Source of the DNA: Octopus sinensis
Taxonomy: Eukaryota
Length of the DNA: 64,000 nt
Direction of reading: 5' to 3'
Assembly: GCF_006345805.1 (NCBI RefSeq)
Contig: NC_042998.1
Span: 168,082,001 to 168,146,000 of the forward strand
Positions 25,395 through 37,889 of the stretch are shown piece after piece. Position 1 is the stretch's first letter; each line of letters starts with the position of its first letter. The position numbers were made by a program, and so were the translations under genes. The notes beneath the pieces were generated by a model, which saw nothing but the letters and a program-made list of their open reading frames with translations, ran no database searches and was not told the origin of the DNA.

Positions 25395-25530
25395 GTAAAC
25401 GTTAAAAAAACACAAACTGGGACAAGAACGTGAAACATTTTGAAGACGGCAAAAAAAACACAGACGGGACTTTCGAAGCTCTCAGTCATCAGTCAAGAAC
25501 CAGATCATCTTCGCAATTTCGGCTGATTAA
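25395..25530. repeat. Dispersed repeat (second copy at 48740-48878), probable Penelope-like remnant
   Basis: caaactgggacaagaacgtgaaaca..cagtcatcagtcaagaaccagatcatcttcgcaatttcggctgat in both copies. Confidence 0.6.
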
Positions 25531-25680
25531 TAGTGTGTGTGTGTGTGTGTGTGTGTTTGTGTGTTTGTGTGTGTGTGGTGTGGTGTGTGTGTATGTATGT
25601 ATGTATAAATATAATATATATACATGTATATGTGTAAATATATGCATATATATACATATATATATATATATATTATATAT

Positions 25681-25743
<63 letters not shown>

Positions 25744-25888
25744 CACTTGTATGTATAAGTGTATACGTATGAATATACACGCTCATACACGCACACATAT
25801 GAACACACATACATGATAGCCATTCATATATGTGTATTTGTATTGATGTGTACTTGCCTGCGTGTGTTTACGTGTGTGTGTGTGTGTA

Positions 25889-25935
<47 letters not shown>

Positions 25936-26071
25936 AAGAGAAGACAGACAGGCAGACAAGCAAGGAGAGGAAGAGAAAGAGGTTAATACAGTATACACAA
26001 AGGACATTCACATTGTTATTTTGGTTCTAAATTGCTTATTTTAATTTTTTTTCTCCTTTACTATATATATA

Positions 26072-26458
26072 TCTCTCTCTATATAACGGCAGTTTGTCTT
26101 GCGTGTTCTGTGTGTCTGTTTGCTTGTACCCCCTCACCCTGACCACGGCTTCAACCGATTCTGATGAAACTTGACACACACATAGCCCAATGTCATAATT
26201 CAAAACTAACGCAGCGAAAATTTTGAAAAGTTCCCCCAGTTCTGAAAAAAATCGATAAATTCGACATGGGGTCGAGAATAAAAAAAAAAAAAACCACAGA
26301 CTGTCTAGGGACCGCAACTCAACCTTTTATTACTCTCAAAAAAAAAATTTACCATCATTTTTTTTCCATTTTTTTGCTATTTTTTGGCTATAACTCTCTA
26401 AAAATGCTTTATAGTTATTTCCCTTACAAACCTGAGCAACGCCGGGCGATACTGCTAG
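26072..26458 (+). mobile_element. Non-autonomous Helitron sharing its 3' end with 20171-20527
   Basis: A|TC start, hairpin cctgagcaacgccggg, CTAG|T end. Confidence 0.8.
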
Positions 26459-27227
26459 TTACCATATAAGTGAAGAACAGATTTTCTTTAAAACTGAACT
26501 TTGATTTTTGTTCTTATGTCGACAGAAAATATATCTAGATTAAAAGCACTCAATACAACAATAACTACTGCCATAACAAAAACACATGTAAAAACCAAGA
26601 ATAGAAAAAAAGAAAAAAAAATCATAGCGTTCAGCCAGTATTATGAACTTAACTTCAATTATAACTGCTACAATAAGTTTTAAAGATGCGACAGTGATTA
26701 TAACGATAACGATATATATAGCAGGATAAGAGGTGGCAGGATGTAGAAGTCCTGCTACCCAGATGTTGAGCGGTTTCAGTCACCATTGAAAATTCTGAAT
26801 TTTTCATCGTTCCATTAAATAATTCTCAATAAGACAACAGGCAATTAAATATTAGATCTTTTATGTCGTTAATAGACTCTCGTGCCTTTAAAACTTAGTC
26901 TACTGTGCCCGTACGAACTATTTTTATGATTAACACAAGAATGCTTTATTGAAATAAATTAAGATATTTATGATAACAACAATAATGCATTTTTATTCTG
27001 GCACATGGACAAAAACGATAGTCACAATAGAAATAAACGTTTCTTAATTAAGATTGTAAAATTAGTTTTACGGCACACTTGACGGGTGATGGTTTCAATG
27101 TAGTGGAAAATCTAAGTAATTTCTTTCCTAAAATAGAAAACTACAGCAACAACAACAGCAAAAATATATCAATTAATCAACTGATCTCAGTGTTTAGAGG
27201 AGCGGAAATGAAACAGGAGTTTATGAT

Positions 27228-27442
27228 GCGCAGGTGTAGCAGTGTGGTAAGAAGATTGCTTCCCAACTAAACGGTTTCAGGTTCAGTTCCATTGCGTAGT
27301 ATCTTGGGCAAGTGTCTTCTACTATAGCCACAGGTCGACCAAAATCTTTTGAGTAGATTTGGTAGACGGAAACTGAAAGAAGCCCTTTGTATATATATGT
27401 ACACACACATATATATGTACGCGCACACACACACACACACAC

Positions 27443-27474
<32 letters not shown>

Positions 27475-27650
27475 GCACTTGACAACCAATGCTGGTTTGT
27501 TTACGTTTCTGTACAGCAAAAGGACGGATAAGAAAAGTACTTGACTAAAAATGAAGAAGAAAATACTACTGGGATCGATTTGTTCCACTAAACTCTTCAA
27601 GATGGTGTCCCATCGTAGCGGCATGACTGAAACAATTAAAAACTAAAAGA
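27228..27650 (+). mobile_element. SINE family D
   Basis: Head and tail match. Confidence 0.8.
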
Positions 27651-27799
27651 TACATTTCACAAAGGTTGATATTTCCCAAACTAGCAAACATTAAAGATAA
27701 TTGCAATTATATACAGTTAAAAATTCCACACAAACATACACACACACAAATATCCATTCATACATACAAACACAACACACCCACATATACATATGTACG

Positions 27800-27990
27800 T
27801 ATACGCCTGCCGTTGGCGATTTCTTCATCTTTCGGCTTTTTCCTTTCTTCTTTCCGACGAAGAGCTATGCTCGAAATGTCAAACTCGCTCATTTTACTGA
27901 GAGTCAAGCTAATACATTTCTTGTGCACGTCCTCATGTTTGGCTTTTCTTTTCGGTTTTTTATTCGTTTATTTGAAATGTTTTATTTGAA
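27800..27990 (+). mobile_element. Penelope-like remnant with a decayed hammerhead core
   Basis: ccgacga-a-gagc-tat-gctc-gaaa-tgtc; paralogous to 29130-29290. Confidence 0.5.
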
Positions 27991-28020
27991 TTGACTATAT
28001 ATATATAGTTTTGCTACACT

Positions 28021-28447
28021 GTTATTACTACGAGCCTCCTCTAATATGTAGCACTTGGTGAAGAATGGAGTTTGATATAGCTACCCTCCTTTGCACCTCT
28101 TGCCGTGAAGTAGGTTCATCTGGGACTCTTGACAAAAAGAGGTCCAGTTTTGATTTAAAGACCCCTACATCTACTTTGTGCAAGTTCCTCAGACTCTTTG
28201 GGAGAATATTAAAAAGCTGTGGGCCCTTGAAACCCAGGCTGTTGCAGTAACTGGTCCTGAAGCGTGATGGCGTTGCTGGGATCTTTGGCACTATGTAGTG
28301 TCGTCCCGTTCTGGCATTGGTGTAGCTTTCAATGTCAAAATTTGGTACAATTCCTTTCAGGATCTTCCAGATATATATTACTGCATACCTCTCCCGTCTT
28401 ATCTCCAGGGAGTAGAGTCTTAACTGTTTCAACCTTTCCCAGTAGCT
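28021..28447 (-). mobile_element. CR1/L2-group LINE ORF2 C-terminus and 3' end
   Basis: YWERLKQLRLYSLE.RRERY.VIYIWKIL..GPQLFNILPKSLRN..FKSKLDLFLSRVPDEP..SNSILHQ, followed by a short TAA-like tail. Confidence 0.85.
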
Positions 28448-28606
28448 GTGTTTACGTCCCCGTAACTAAGTTACAATTCGGCAAAATGGGCAGATAGAAT
28501 AAGTACTAGGCTTACAAAGAATAAGTCCTGGGGTTGAAATGTTCGACTAAAGGCAGTGCTCCAACGTGGCCGCAGTCAAATGACTGAAACAAATAAAAGA
28601 ATAGAA

Positions 28607-28607
<1 letters not shown>
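28448..28607 (+). mobile_element. SINE family D, 3' half
   Basis: Tail match. Confidence 0.85.
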
Positions 28608-28682
<75 letters not shown>

Positions 28683-29129
28683 ATATATATATATATATAT
28701 GTAAACAAAGTTAAATGCGATACAATAAAATAATTATAATCGCCGGTGTACCAGTACACGCCATATATTATTCATATATAAATTACATTCAAGGCGAAGT
28801 GTGCACTAGATACACAAAAGCTGGATAAATTTAGTGAGATAAAAATTAAAAACTTTTACAAACTTAGCTTTTTATACTGCAGTTTCGCCAAATTCAGTAA
28901 TAAAAATAATATTTTTTACTCAGGCTGGCTCTTCAGTAAGATTCCTGTTAATTATGGGAATATATATATAATATATAATATATATATATATAATCAAAAT
29001 AAGCAACAAGGATATCCAGAGATAATGCAGTACGGTCGTTTCATGCGACTCCATTTAATTGAACTATGCAAGCATTACATCAATTTAACACATACACGCA
29101 CATTAGCCATATAACCACACAGGTGCTTT

Positions 29130-29290
29130 TCCTAGACTTCTTTGCTTTCTGCGCTTTTCTTTTCTCCTCTTTCTGACGAAGAGTTATGCTCGAAATGTAG
29201 AAGACCCACTTTTCTGAGCGTTAAGCTAATACATTCCATACGTACGTCCTTTTGTTGTTTTGCTATTTGTTAATTTAAATCTTCGATCTT
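29130..29290 (+). mobile_element. Penelope-like remnant with a hammerhead-like core
   Basis: ctgacga-a-gagt-tat-gctc-gaaa-tgta-gaaga. Confidence 0.5.
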
Positions 29291-29443
29291 CAATGTTAAG
29301 TTTTTGATGTTCGATTTGCGTTGTGTGTGTGTGTGTGTTGTGTGTGTGTGCATATGCGAGTGTGTGTGTCTCAATCTGTGTGTGCGTGCGTGTATGTGTG
29401 TGTGTGTGTGTTTGTGCATGTGTGTGTGTGTGCGTGTGTGTGC

Positions 29444-29491
<48 letters not shown>

Positions 29492-29524
29492 ATGTTCGTA
29501 TATCCGTACTGTCTTTTGGCTTAT

Positions 29525-29800
29525 CTACTTGAAATATTGGTTTCAAATTTTGGCCCAAATTCAGCAATTTCGGGTGAAAGAGTAAGTTGAGTGCATTGAC
29601 CTCATTGCTCAACTGGTACTTATTTTATCGACTCCGAAAGCTTGTTAGGTACTTAGATAAGCACGACTGGTGCTTAGTTTGCCCATCCTGAAAGGATTAA
29701 CGGTTAAGTCGACCCCGGCAGAATTTGAACACAGAACGTAAAGAGAAATGAAACGCCTCCAAGTATTTCAGCCGTTGGGCTAAGGATCCAGCCAAGTCGC
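29525..29800 (-). mobile_element. SINE family C fragments
   Basis: aaggattaacggttaagtcgaccccggcagaatttgaac. Confidence 0.7.
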
Positions 29801-30049
29801 CAACCTTATCTATTTGAAGTATGAAAGACCCCTTACAGAACCAGTCATTAATCATTATTATAATGAGCGTTATCAGTGCCATTCTCGTAATCTTCATAAT
29901 CATTGGCAAATACAACACAGATGCACACACACACACATACGCGCACGTGCGCGCACACATGCATACACGCACACACACAAAAGCTTGAGGTGTGTCAGAA
30001 TTTTGTGAGGAAGCGAGGCATACTGAAAGACAGAGAAATCAAGAGAATT

Positions 30050-30093
30050 AGACAGACAGACAGACAGACAGATAGACAGACAGACAGACAGAC

Positions 30094-30151
<58 letters not shown>

Positions 30152-30185
30152 GTAGGTAGGTAGGTAGGTAGGTAGGCAGGCAGGC

Positions 30186-30240
<55 letters not shown>

Positions 30241-30241
30241 C

Positions 30242-30327
<86 letters not shown>

Positions 30328-30420
30328 GGAGAGAGACAGACAGACGACAGAGAGGGAGAAATCAGACAGGCAAACAGACAGACGGATAGGCAGGCAGACA
30401 GAAAAGGGAAGGAAAGAGAG
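30050..30420. repeat. (GACA)/(GATA)/(GGTA)/(GGCA) array
   Basis: Directly visible. Confidence 0.95.
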
Positions 30421-30737
30421 AAGGATAGTTGTAGAGCTGATGCTGAGCCAATCGACTTCTTTGTCTTTCTGACATCTGGCCGGTTTTATGCGTGGCTGGC
30501 GGACGTTTCTTTTGCTTGTTAAAATAGTTTCACGGAGTTTTGGAGAGCTGGTAAGTGAACGGGGTGATGAGGGTAGGGTGTATGTTGATGGAGTTTCCCG
30601 ACGTTCAATGATTTATAGTTATGCTTAACACACACAACACACAAACACACACACACACATTAAGGAGCCTGTGTAGATGTGTCTATATATATATATATAT
30701 AATATATACACACCCAGACACACCACACACACACACG

Positions 30738-30784
<47 letters not shown>

Positions 30785-31149
30785 CATCTACGAATTTAGA
30801 AATACATAAAAACATATATATATACACACGCGCACACATAAATACAGTAAAGTGTGGCACGAGAGGACGACGTAAGAACATGCGGGAAACAACAACAAAA
30901 AAAAAACGTACTAAGGAATGGATGTGTTCATCCTTCATCAGCTATTGACCAAAAGTCATCACAATTTCAACAATCTGGTGGCATCAAAAGCACAATCAAT
31001 AACTGCTAGAATATGAGGGAACATGAAGGAAAAAATATAAGTAAAAATAAGAGAAGCAGACGAGGGTCCCTAGTTATGAGAACGAGAAATATATAAAATA
31101 TACACGACAGTAACGTGATAATAACGATATAATAAACGACAGGAATATT

Positions 31150-31972
31150 TGTATCCGAGAGAAGTTGGCCCTCAGACCATTCGACATAAGGGAGGTTGAA
31201 ATCCCCTAAAGGAAGTATGTGCGGGCTAACATCCAGGTTGGTTAATACTTCTTTCATTTCTTAGAGGCTCTCTTCAAATGAATCCCCCATGATTTGGAGC
31301 ATCTGGTGGGCGATTCGTGGTACATATTACTATTTTCATCTGTTTAATGTGTGCCACCAGAGTGTCACAGACTGAGTTTGAGTGACAGCAGGACCACAGG
31401 CGTGATATCTTCCTGGATGTACATTTTCCACTTTACCATGAGTCCTTTCTCTTCTGTCAGTTCGAAACACAACTTACCCTGGTATGTGTATCTCACCATC
31501 TGATATGTCCACATTCAGATGTGTTTCTGTTAGTGACACGCATATTGCTTGATTACATGTCACTAAGTCCCTCAGGTACTGTATTTTGCATTGCTGGGAC
31601 GTTACAAGGACCCTGATGTTCAGAATACTGGTGTGACATTTAAGGTGTCGGTAGTGGCCACTGGTCTGACACGCGCAGAGATGTCAGAAGTGGCCACCTC
31701 GGATCCTTTGTTGTTTGAGGTGGTCACGGATGCTGGTAAGTGTTCCTCATACTGGTTGTCTGGTGAAGCCAGGTTAGCTGCTTTACAATCAAGCACAAGC
31801 TAAAAAAAACCCTGTTGTTAAGCAGCCGCTATCTGCACTGCATTGGCAGTTTGTTTCCTCCTGGGAGCTGTGCGTGCACCATCCACACACTTTCATGATG
31901 GTGGCATTGTATCTTGTGATCTGACTATCTTGTTGGAGGCTGTTTTTCCTGGTCTTCAGGCGAGTGGAACAA
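31150..31972 (-). mobile_element. CR1-like LINE fragment: upstream region plus apurinic-type endonuclease domain, decayed
   Basis: CVSLTETHLNVDISDGEIHIPG*VVFRTDRRERTHG and ILPLGDFNLPYVEW motifs. Confidence 0.75.
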
Positions 31973-32072
31973 NNNNNNNNNNNNNNNNNNNNNNNNNNNN
32001 NNNNNNNNNNNNNNNNNNNNNNNNNNNNNNNNNNNNNNNNNNNNNNNNNNNNNNNNNNNNNNNNNNNNNNNN
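31973..32072. other. Assembly gap (exactly 100 N)
   Basis: Directly visible; 100 N is a conventional placeholder for a gap of unknown size. Confidence 1.
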
Positions 32073-32095
32073 TATATATATATATATATTATATA

Positions 32096-32137
<42 letters not shown>

Positions 32138-32227
32138 TATGTATGTATGTATGTATGTATTATGTATGTATGTATGTATTGGTGTATATTACATATACAA
32201 TCCTGTTATATATATATATTCTTCTCT

Positions 32228-32440
32228 AATTTTTTTACTTGCTTCAGTCATCGGATTGCTGCCATGCTGGAGCACCGCCTTGAAGTGTTTTAGTGGAACA
32301 AATCGACCCCAGGGCTTATTTCTCAAACCTAGTGCTTAATGTATCGGCCTCTTTTGCCGAACCGCTAGCTTACGGGGACGTAAACACACCAACACCGGTT
32401 GTCAAGCGATGGTTGGGGGCAAACACAGACACAAAAACAC
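32228..32440 (-). mobile_element. SINE family D, 3' half
   Basis: Antisense tail match. Confidence 0.85.
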
Positions 32441-33054
32441 GGACATAAAGAAACTCAAAAGATACATTACATTTGTATATGCTAAAGATAGTTTTTGAAA
32501 AGTTACGCTAACAGGTAGTCTTCTTTCCAACTCGTGGTTATGAAGGCAGCTACAGGATCTGAAATTCAACTACCCACCACACATTACCAAATGAAATATC
32601 GTGGAACGATCCTTGCCATCAAAGAGACCCAGGCTTCTTTTTTTTTTCAACTGAAAGATTTCATATCCATTTTGACCTAAGAGCTCTACTAACCCATTAA
32701 ATTTTTATTAAATATAAGCATATGGACAATTTTCTTTTATTGAACTGGAAAACACCAGCCTCTCTGGATTGAGCACGCTATCTCACAAACTTTAACTTTC
32801 TCCCCATTGCATTAATGTGCGCCAACCATATTAGTCATGCTTCGAAAGGGCCAAAAGGACGCAATTCTTTTTTCTTTTTCTCATTCCACTTTTCACTTTT
32901 ACCTTTCTCTCGTTCTTTCTCGTGTTTTTTTTATTAAAAACAAGCGCCCTTTCTCGTTTTAGTCCGAAACCAGATTCCTTTCTTTTTTTTCATTGCTTTT
33001 CAAAAAAGAGCAGCCATATTGTATGTACATTTGAGCTTGAATGATTGCTTACTC

Positions 33055-33378
33055 TTTTACTCTTTTACTTGTTTCAGTCATGTGACTGTGGCCGTGCTGG
33101 AGCACCGCCTTTAGTCGAGCAAATCGATCCTAGGACTTATTCTTTGTAAGCCTAGTACTTATTCTAGCGGTCTCTTTTTGCCGAACCGCTAAGTTACGGG
33201 GACGTAAACACACCAGCATCGGTTGTTAAGCGATGTTGGGGGGGGACAAACACGGACACACAAATACACACACACACACACACGGGCTTCTTTCAGTTTC
33301 CGTACCATGCAGTGGAACTGAACCCGGAACCATATGGTTCGTAAGTAAGCTACTTACCTCACACCAACTCCTACGCCT
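33055..33378 (-). mobile_element. SINE family D with internal deletion
   Basis: Antisense head and tail match. Confidence 0.85.
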
Positions 33379-34263
33379 ATGTTAACACTGTACAAGCTTG
33401 TCAGATCATCGTGTTTTCACTGCATGAAACTATTAGTTGCTTGAATTTAAATCCTACGTTATGATATTTATCTTTTACTGGAAGTACTATTTTTGTCGCT
33501 CCCGCCAGTAATAGAACCGTACATGATAAATGTGTGTGTGTGTGCGCGCGCGTGCGTGTGTGCGTGTACATGAACATGCATACATATATATAGTATATGC
33601 GTATACATACATAAACACACACACATACACACACACTCACACACATGTATGAGAGGGTGCACGTGTTTAGAAATATTGCTAAAGACTTTATTTCATCAAG
33701 GAGGTCTAATAAGATTGAAAAATGTAAAGATTTGTCATCGTACTCCAACAAAAACAACGAGAACATCAAGAACAATGAAAACAGTAATTGGAGTTGGTAA
33801 ACTACCAAGATGCATAATCTACATTATTTGAATTTTGCTTCTCTGCACCGCTCTCGCTTTCCATCCATTCCTCCCTCTCGATTTTGCTATTCTTTCCTCT
33901 TTACTCTCACGCTCACCAATGATCTACGAAATTCTGCACTAAATGACATAGAATAAATTGTTTCAAGAAGATGATATGTTCAAGATAGTAACCTTCGTTT
34001 CATAACTTGGCACCATGCCTAAAGCAAGTGAAGTAGATTAGACGATGTCTGCAATAGTACACGATATGTTTACCCTGAAACGTGTTATCTATGTTCTCGG
34101 TCATTCTTCATTTCAGTCAGTACCAAGTAATATAACATACACATTTTCTCCAGAGAATACATGCGCATACACATACATACATATACACGCATACATGCAT
34201 ATATACATACGCACATATACACACACACACACACTCACACACATACATACACACACACACGTA

Positions 34264-35505
34264 CAGAGTGCAGTGAATAAGCTGTCGCCTAAATTACGCA
34301 AAAATGAAAATAACACTGACATCTCTTTTTAACAGATATATTTACCAAAATTACATAAAAATATCTTGAAATACTAAATAGTTAGTTTATTCAATAAAAT
34401 CGCCATTGACTTTTACCACGACCTACAGACGACTTCAGAATCTTCTGCAACTCTTCTGGATGGTCTCCTTGTTTAAGTTGGTGAGTGTTGGCATAATCCT
34501 TGCCTTCAGTTTGTTTTGTTGGTCTCTCGTTCAACTGCGCTCCACACATAATAATCAAGGGGTTGGAGTCTGGGGAGTTAGGTGGTCAGATGTTAGGGGA
34601 TGATGTGATCGCATAAATTGCCTGACAGCCATGAATGGGTTTTCCTGCTTGTGTGGTATGGTGCAGAGTCCTGTTGCCAGACAAAGGGTCTTCCAGCAGC
34701 ACCCTCTTGATCCAGGGCAGCACTACCTCCTCCAGGCATTTGATGTAGGTCTCTGTGGGAAATGAATGGAGGCATAATAACGTCGCCATCTTTAGTGATC
34801 ACTCCAAACATCATGATGACTAGATGCTCGATTTTTATCACACTCGGTTTTGGGGACACAGCAACCCAACAGTTGTTCTGTGTTCACCATCTGATCCTGG
34901 CGGAAAATCTTTCGTCCGAGAAAAACCAAAGCATGATCGGTTGGAAGGGATGCTTGAGTTTGTTCAAAAGCTTCGTAGCGCGGTTTTTCCACTTGTTCTT
35001 GATGGCTTGGGATAAAAAATTTTATCATCATGTATGAAGAATACCGAATGTCCTTATGCACTACCTGCCTGATAAGAGACTCCCATGTCCCTAGCGATGG
35101 ACCTGATTGACTTAGAAAGATCGTTTTCAATCATGGCCTAGATATCACTAACAAATTCAGGAGTTCTGTTCTTATCAAAATAACGAGTGAGTTTTACGAG
35201 CTGCCATGCCTTCGTAATCACCATTAGATTCATCCAACTCTTTCCGAATCCTCTGCATTGTCCCCAGATTGGCACCCAAACAGCCTGGAATGTTCATATT
35301 GGAGCTTCCGGTGCGAATGCCAAGCAGTACATCATATAGTTTCCAATGTTCTGGCAGAGTGAATTGCGTCATGGTGTTGCTTTTCTCACAGACGGTACCC
35401 AGCTGACCCTATTATATTGTGTAGTTGACAAAATCAAAAAGAAACAATGAGCATGTACGAAATAAAAAAAATATGTAATAGCAACAATTTACCCATCACA
35501 CCCTG
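34264..35505 (-). mobile_element. Tc1/mariner superfamily DD37D (maT-type) transposon, full length, decayed
   Basis: TA-CAG(A/G)GTG degenerate TIRs at both ends; about 1.24 kb. Confidence 0.8.
34387..35372 (-). pseudogene. maT DD37D transposase pseudogene
   Basis: FVWQQDSAPYHTSRKT..(W)PPNSPDSNPLD spaced D37D after correcting frameshifts; C-terminus ending VNGDFIE*. Confidence 0.8.
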
Positions 35506-35864
35506 TATATGAATGAATGCATGAATGCACTTTTTTCCTCCTTTATATTGTATATTTTACAGATAAATGTTGTGTGTTTGTGTGTGTGTGTGTGTGTATC
35601 ATAGGTCATGAAGTCTTTGTATATAGGATTTGCCAGATAAGCTGATTGCTTAGAAGAAGTTTAATAGAAGAAACCATAACATAAGCAAAACTTTGCTGAA
35701 TGAAATCCACAACATGAAATAAGATCATGTGTAATAATTCTCACGTTCTGGGGGCGGTAGCTTTTGTAAAAGAAGTAATGATTAGAAAACAGTTGAATAG
35801 TTGCAAATTCTGTTGAGGAGTGCTCTCTTTATAATCGTCATTTATACATACATACATACATACA

Positions 35865-35900
<36 letters not shown>

Positions 35901-36928
35901 TTAGGTCGCCAAGTATGAAATTTGTAGTAAAGTATATGGCAAACTTTGATAGCTGCTTATTTTGTGCCATTATTATATTTAGACAATCTTTATTATTTTT
36001 TTTTTGTTAGAAAGCTGACACATCTATTTCTTTATTCTAACTCATTTTGAGCTTCATAAAGTATTTATAAATCGTTTTTTGCTATTTTTGTTTAAAGACG
36101 GGTAAGTCGGAAATTCATACAGTTTTGAAATATGAGTTCTTTCTTCGAAATACAGCATTGGAATATTAATGGAGCATTTCATTTTAATGTTATTACACAG
36201 CAGACAGTATCGAATTAGTTTGTAAAATCTTGTTCTGGTAACTTTAACCTCACAGATGAGCGACGCGGTCGACCAGAAACAAAGGTGGATAATGACGAAC
36301 TGAAAGTCACCGTCAAGTCAGATCCAACTCAAAGTACCCGTGAATTTTCACTGTTGTTTGGTGTAAGCAAGCAAGCAATATTGACTCACCTGGTTCGAAT
36401 TGGTAAAGTGAAAAATTGGATAAGTGGGTTCCACATGAACTCAATGAAAATCAGAAACAGCAACGTTTGGAAGCCTGCATTTTGCTACTTTCTTGTCACA
36501 AAAATGAATCATTTTTTAATCGAATTGTAACATGTGATGAGAAATGGATCCAATACAACAACCGTAAACGTTCAGCACAATGGTTGGACAAAGACGAGCC
36601 ACCAAAACACAGTCCAAAAAGCAAAATTCATCAGAAGAAGTTGATGGTGTGCATTTGGTGATCTGCCGCAGGTGTGATCCATTATGATTTCATTAAGCTT
36701 GGCTCATCAATCACGGCCGAAGTAAACTACAGCCAACAGGACTAAATGATGCGGAAACTTACAAAAAAGAACAGCCTAGATTAGTCAACAAATCCATTCC
36801 TATTTTATAGCAAAACAACGCCAGAACACACATCGCAAAAATGATATTGGCGAAACTACAGGAATTGGAGCTGGAAGTTCTCCATCATTCACCATACTCA
36901 CCTGATCTTGCCCCTAGTGACCACTACT
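35901..36928 (+). mobile_element. mariner (DD34D-type) element, 3'-truncated, frameshifted transposase
   Basis: TA-ttaggt end; WVPHEL, RIVTCDEKWI and PYSPDLAPSD motifs. Confidence 0.85.
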
Positions 36929-36962
36929 ATATACATACATAATATATGTATTATATATATAT

Positions 36963-37016
<54 letters not shown>

Positions 37017-37193
37017 ATATAACAAGTAAGTTAGGGGTTGTGGATCCAACCCACTAAGGGATAATACTTATCCAATATACTGTTGGTATAATATCCAAAT
37101 TATTAATACACAAGTGTTTTTAATTGCAATGCAATAAACTTACTTGTATTAAATGGGTGAAGGTAAAGAAATATTTTGCCATTAATTTATATT

Positions 37194-37379
37194 ACAAATA
37201 AGAAAATGGAGAAATTGGTTTATCAGCTTTCGGATATTAGAATGTTGTCTTATTTAATTAACAAAAGTACAACCATAATAACACATATATGGTTTTCGTT
37301 TTGATAAATTAATAAGTCAACATTCTAATATCATAAAGCTGATAAACCAACTAATGTGTTTCTCCATTTTCTTATTTGT
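37194..37379. repeat. Imperfect inverted repeat with arms of about 65 bp
   Basis: acaaataagaaaatggagaaa..ttggtttatcagcttt..gatattagaatgttg is mirrored at 37318-37379. Confidence 0.8.
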
Positions 37380-37657
37380 TATATATATATATATGTGTGT
37401 GTGTGTGGTGTGTGTGTGTGTGTGTAAAGTAACAAACTGAGGAAAGGAAATCCTTCAAATGGGTGTGTTAAACATCCAATTCACTGGCACGTCAGTTGGA
37501 TACCATATAAATATTGGTATAATTCAGTTATAAAGATAAATTAAATATAGGGATTTACTATTGACAATCCAATAATTTATTTAATATCACAATATTACAT
37601 TAAACACTATGAATGTAATATAACATAACATTATATTATTTAACATAAATAATTATA

Positions 37658-37889
37658 GTGTTGTGTCTGGGGAGAGTCATTCTCATTTAGTGCCTTATAA
37701 TTTAACACACTCACCGGTAAAATTTACACTCATTTCTTTATTTTTCTAAAATTTTCGTTGCGTCTTGTGAATATTGCAAGATGCAACGAAAATTTTTTAA
37801 AAGTAAAGAAGAAATAAGTGGAAATTTTACCGGTGAGTGTGTTAAATTATAAGGTACTAAAAGAGAATGGTTCTCCCCAGACACAACAG
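37658..37889. mobile_element. Fold-back (palindromic) MITE, 232 bp, TA-flanked
   Basis: Arms pair along nearly the whole length, centred at about 37773; TA at 37656-37657 and 37890-37891. Confidence 0.85.

Noticed and set aside
25460-25495. CUGAUGA..GAAA-GUC on the minus strand (also about 48810-48845)
   Set aside because: No convincing stem I or II, and the second copy has GAAU instead of GAAA.
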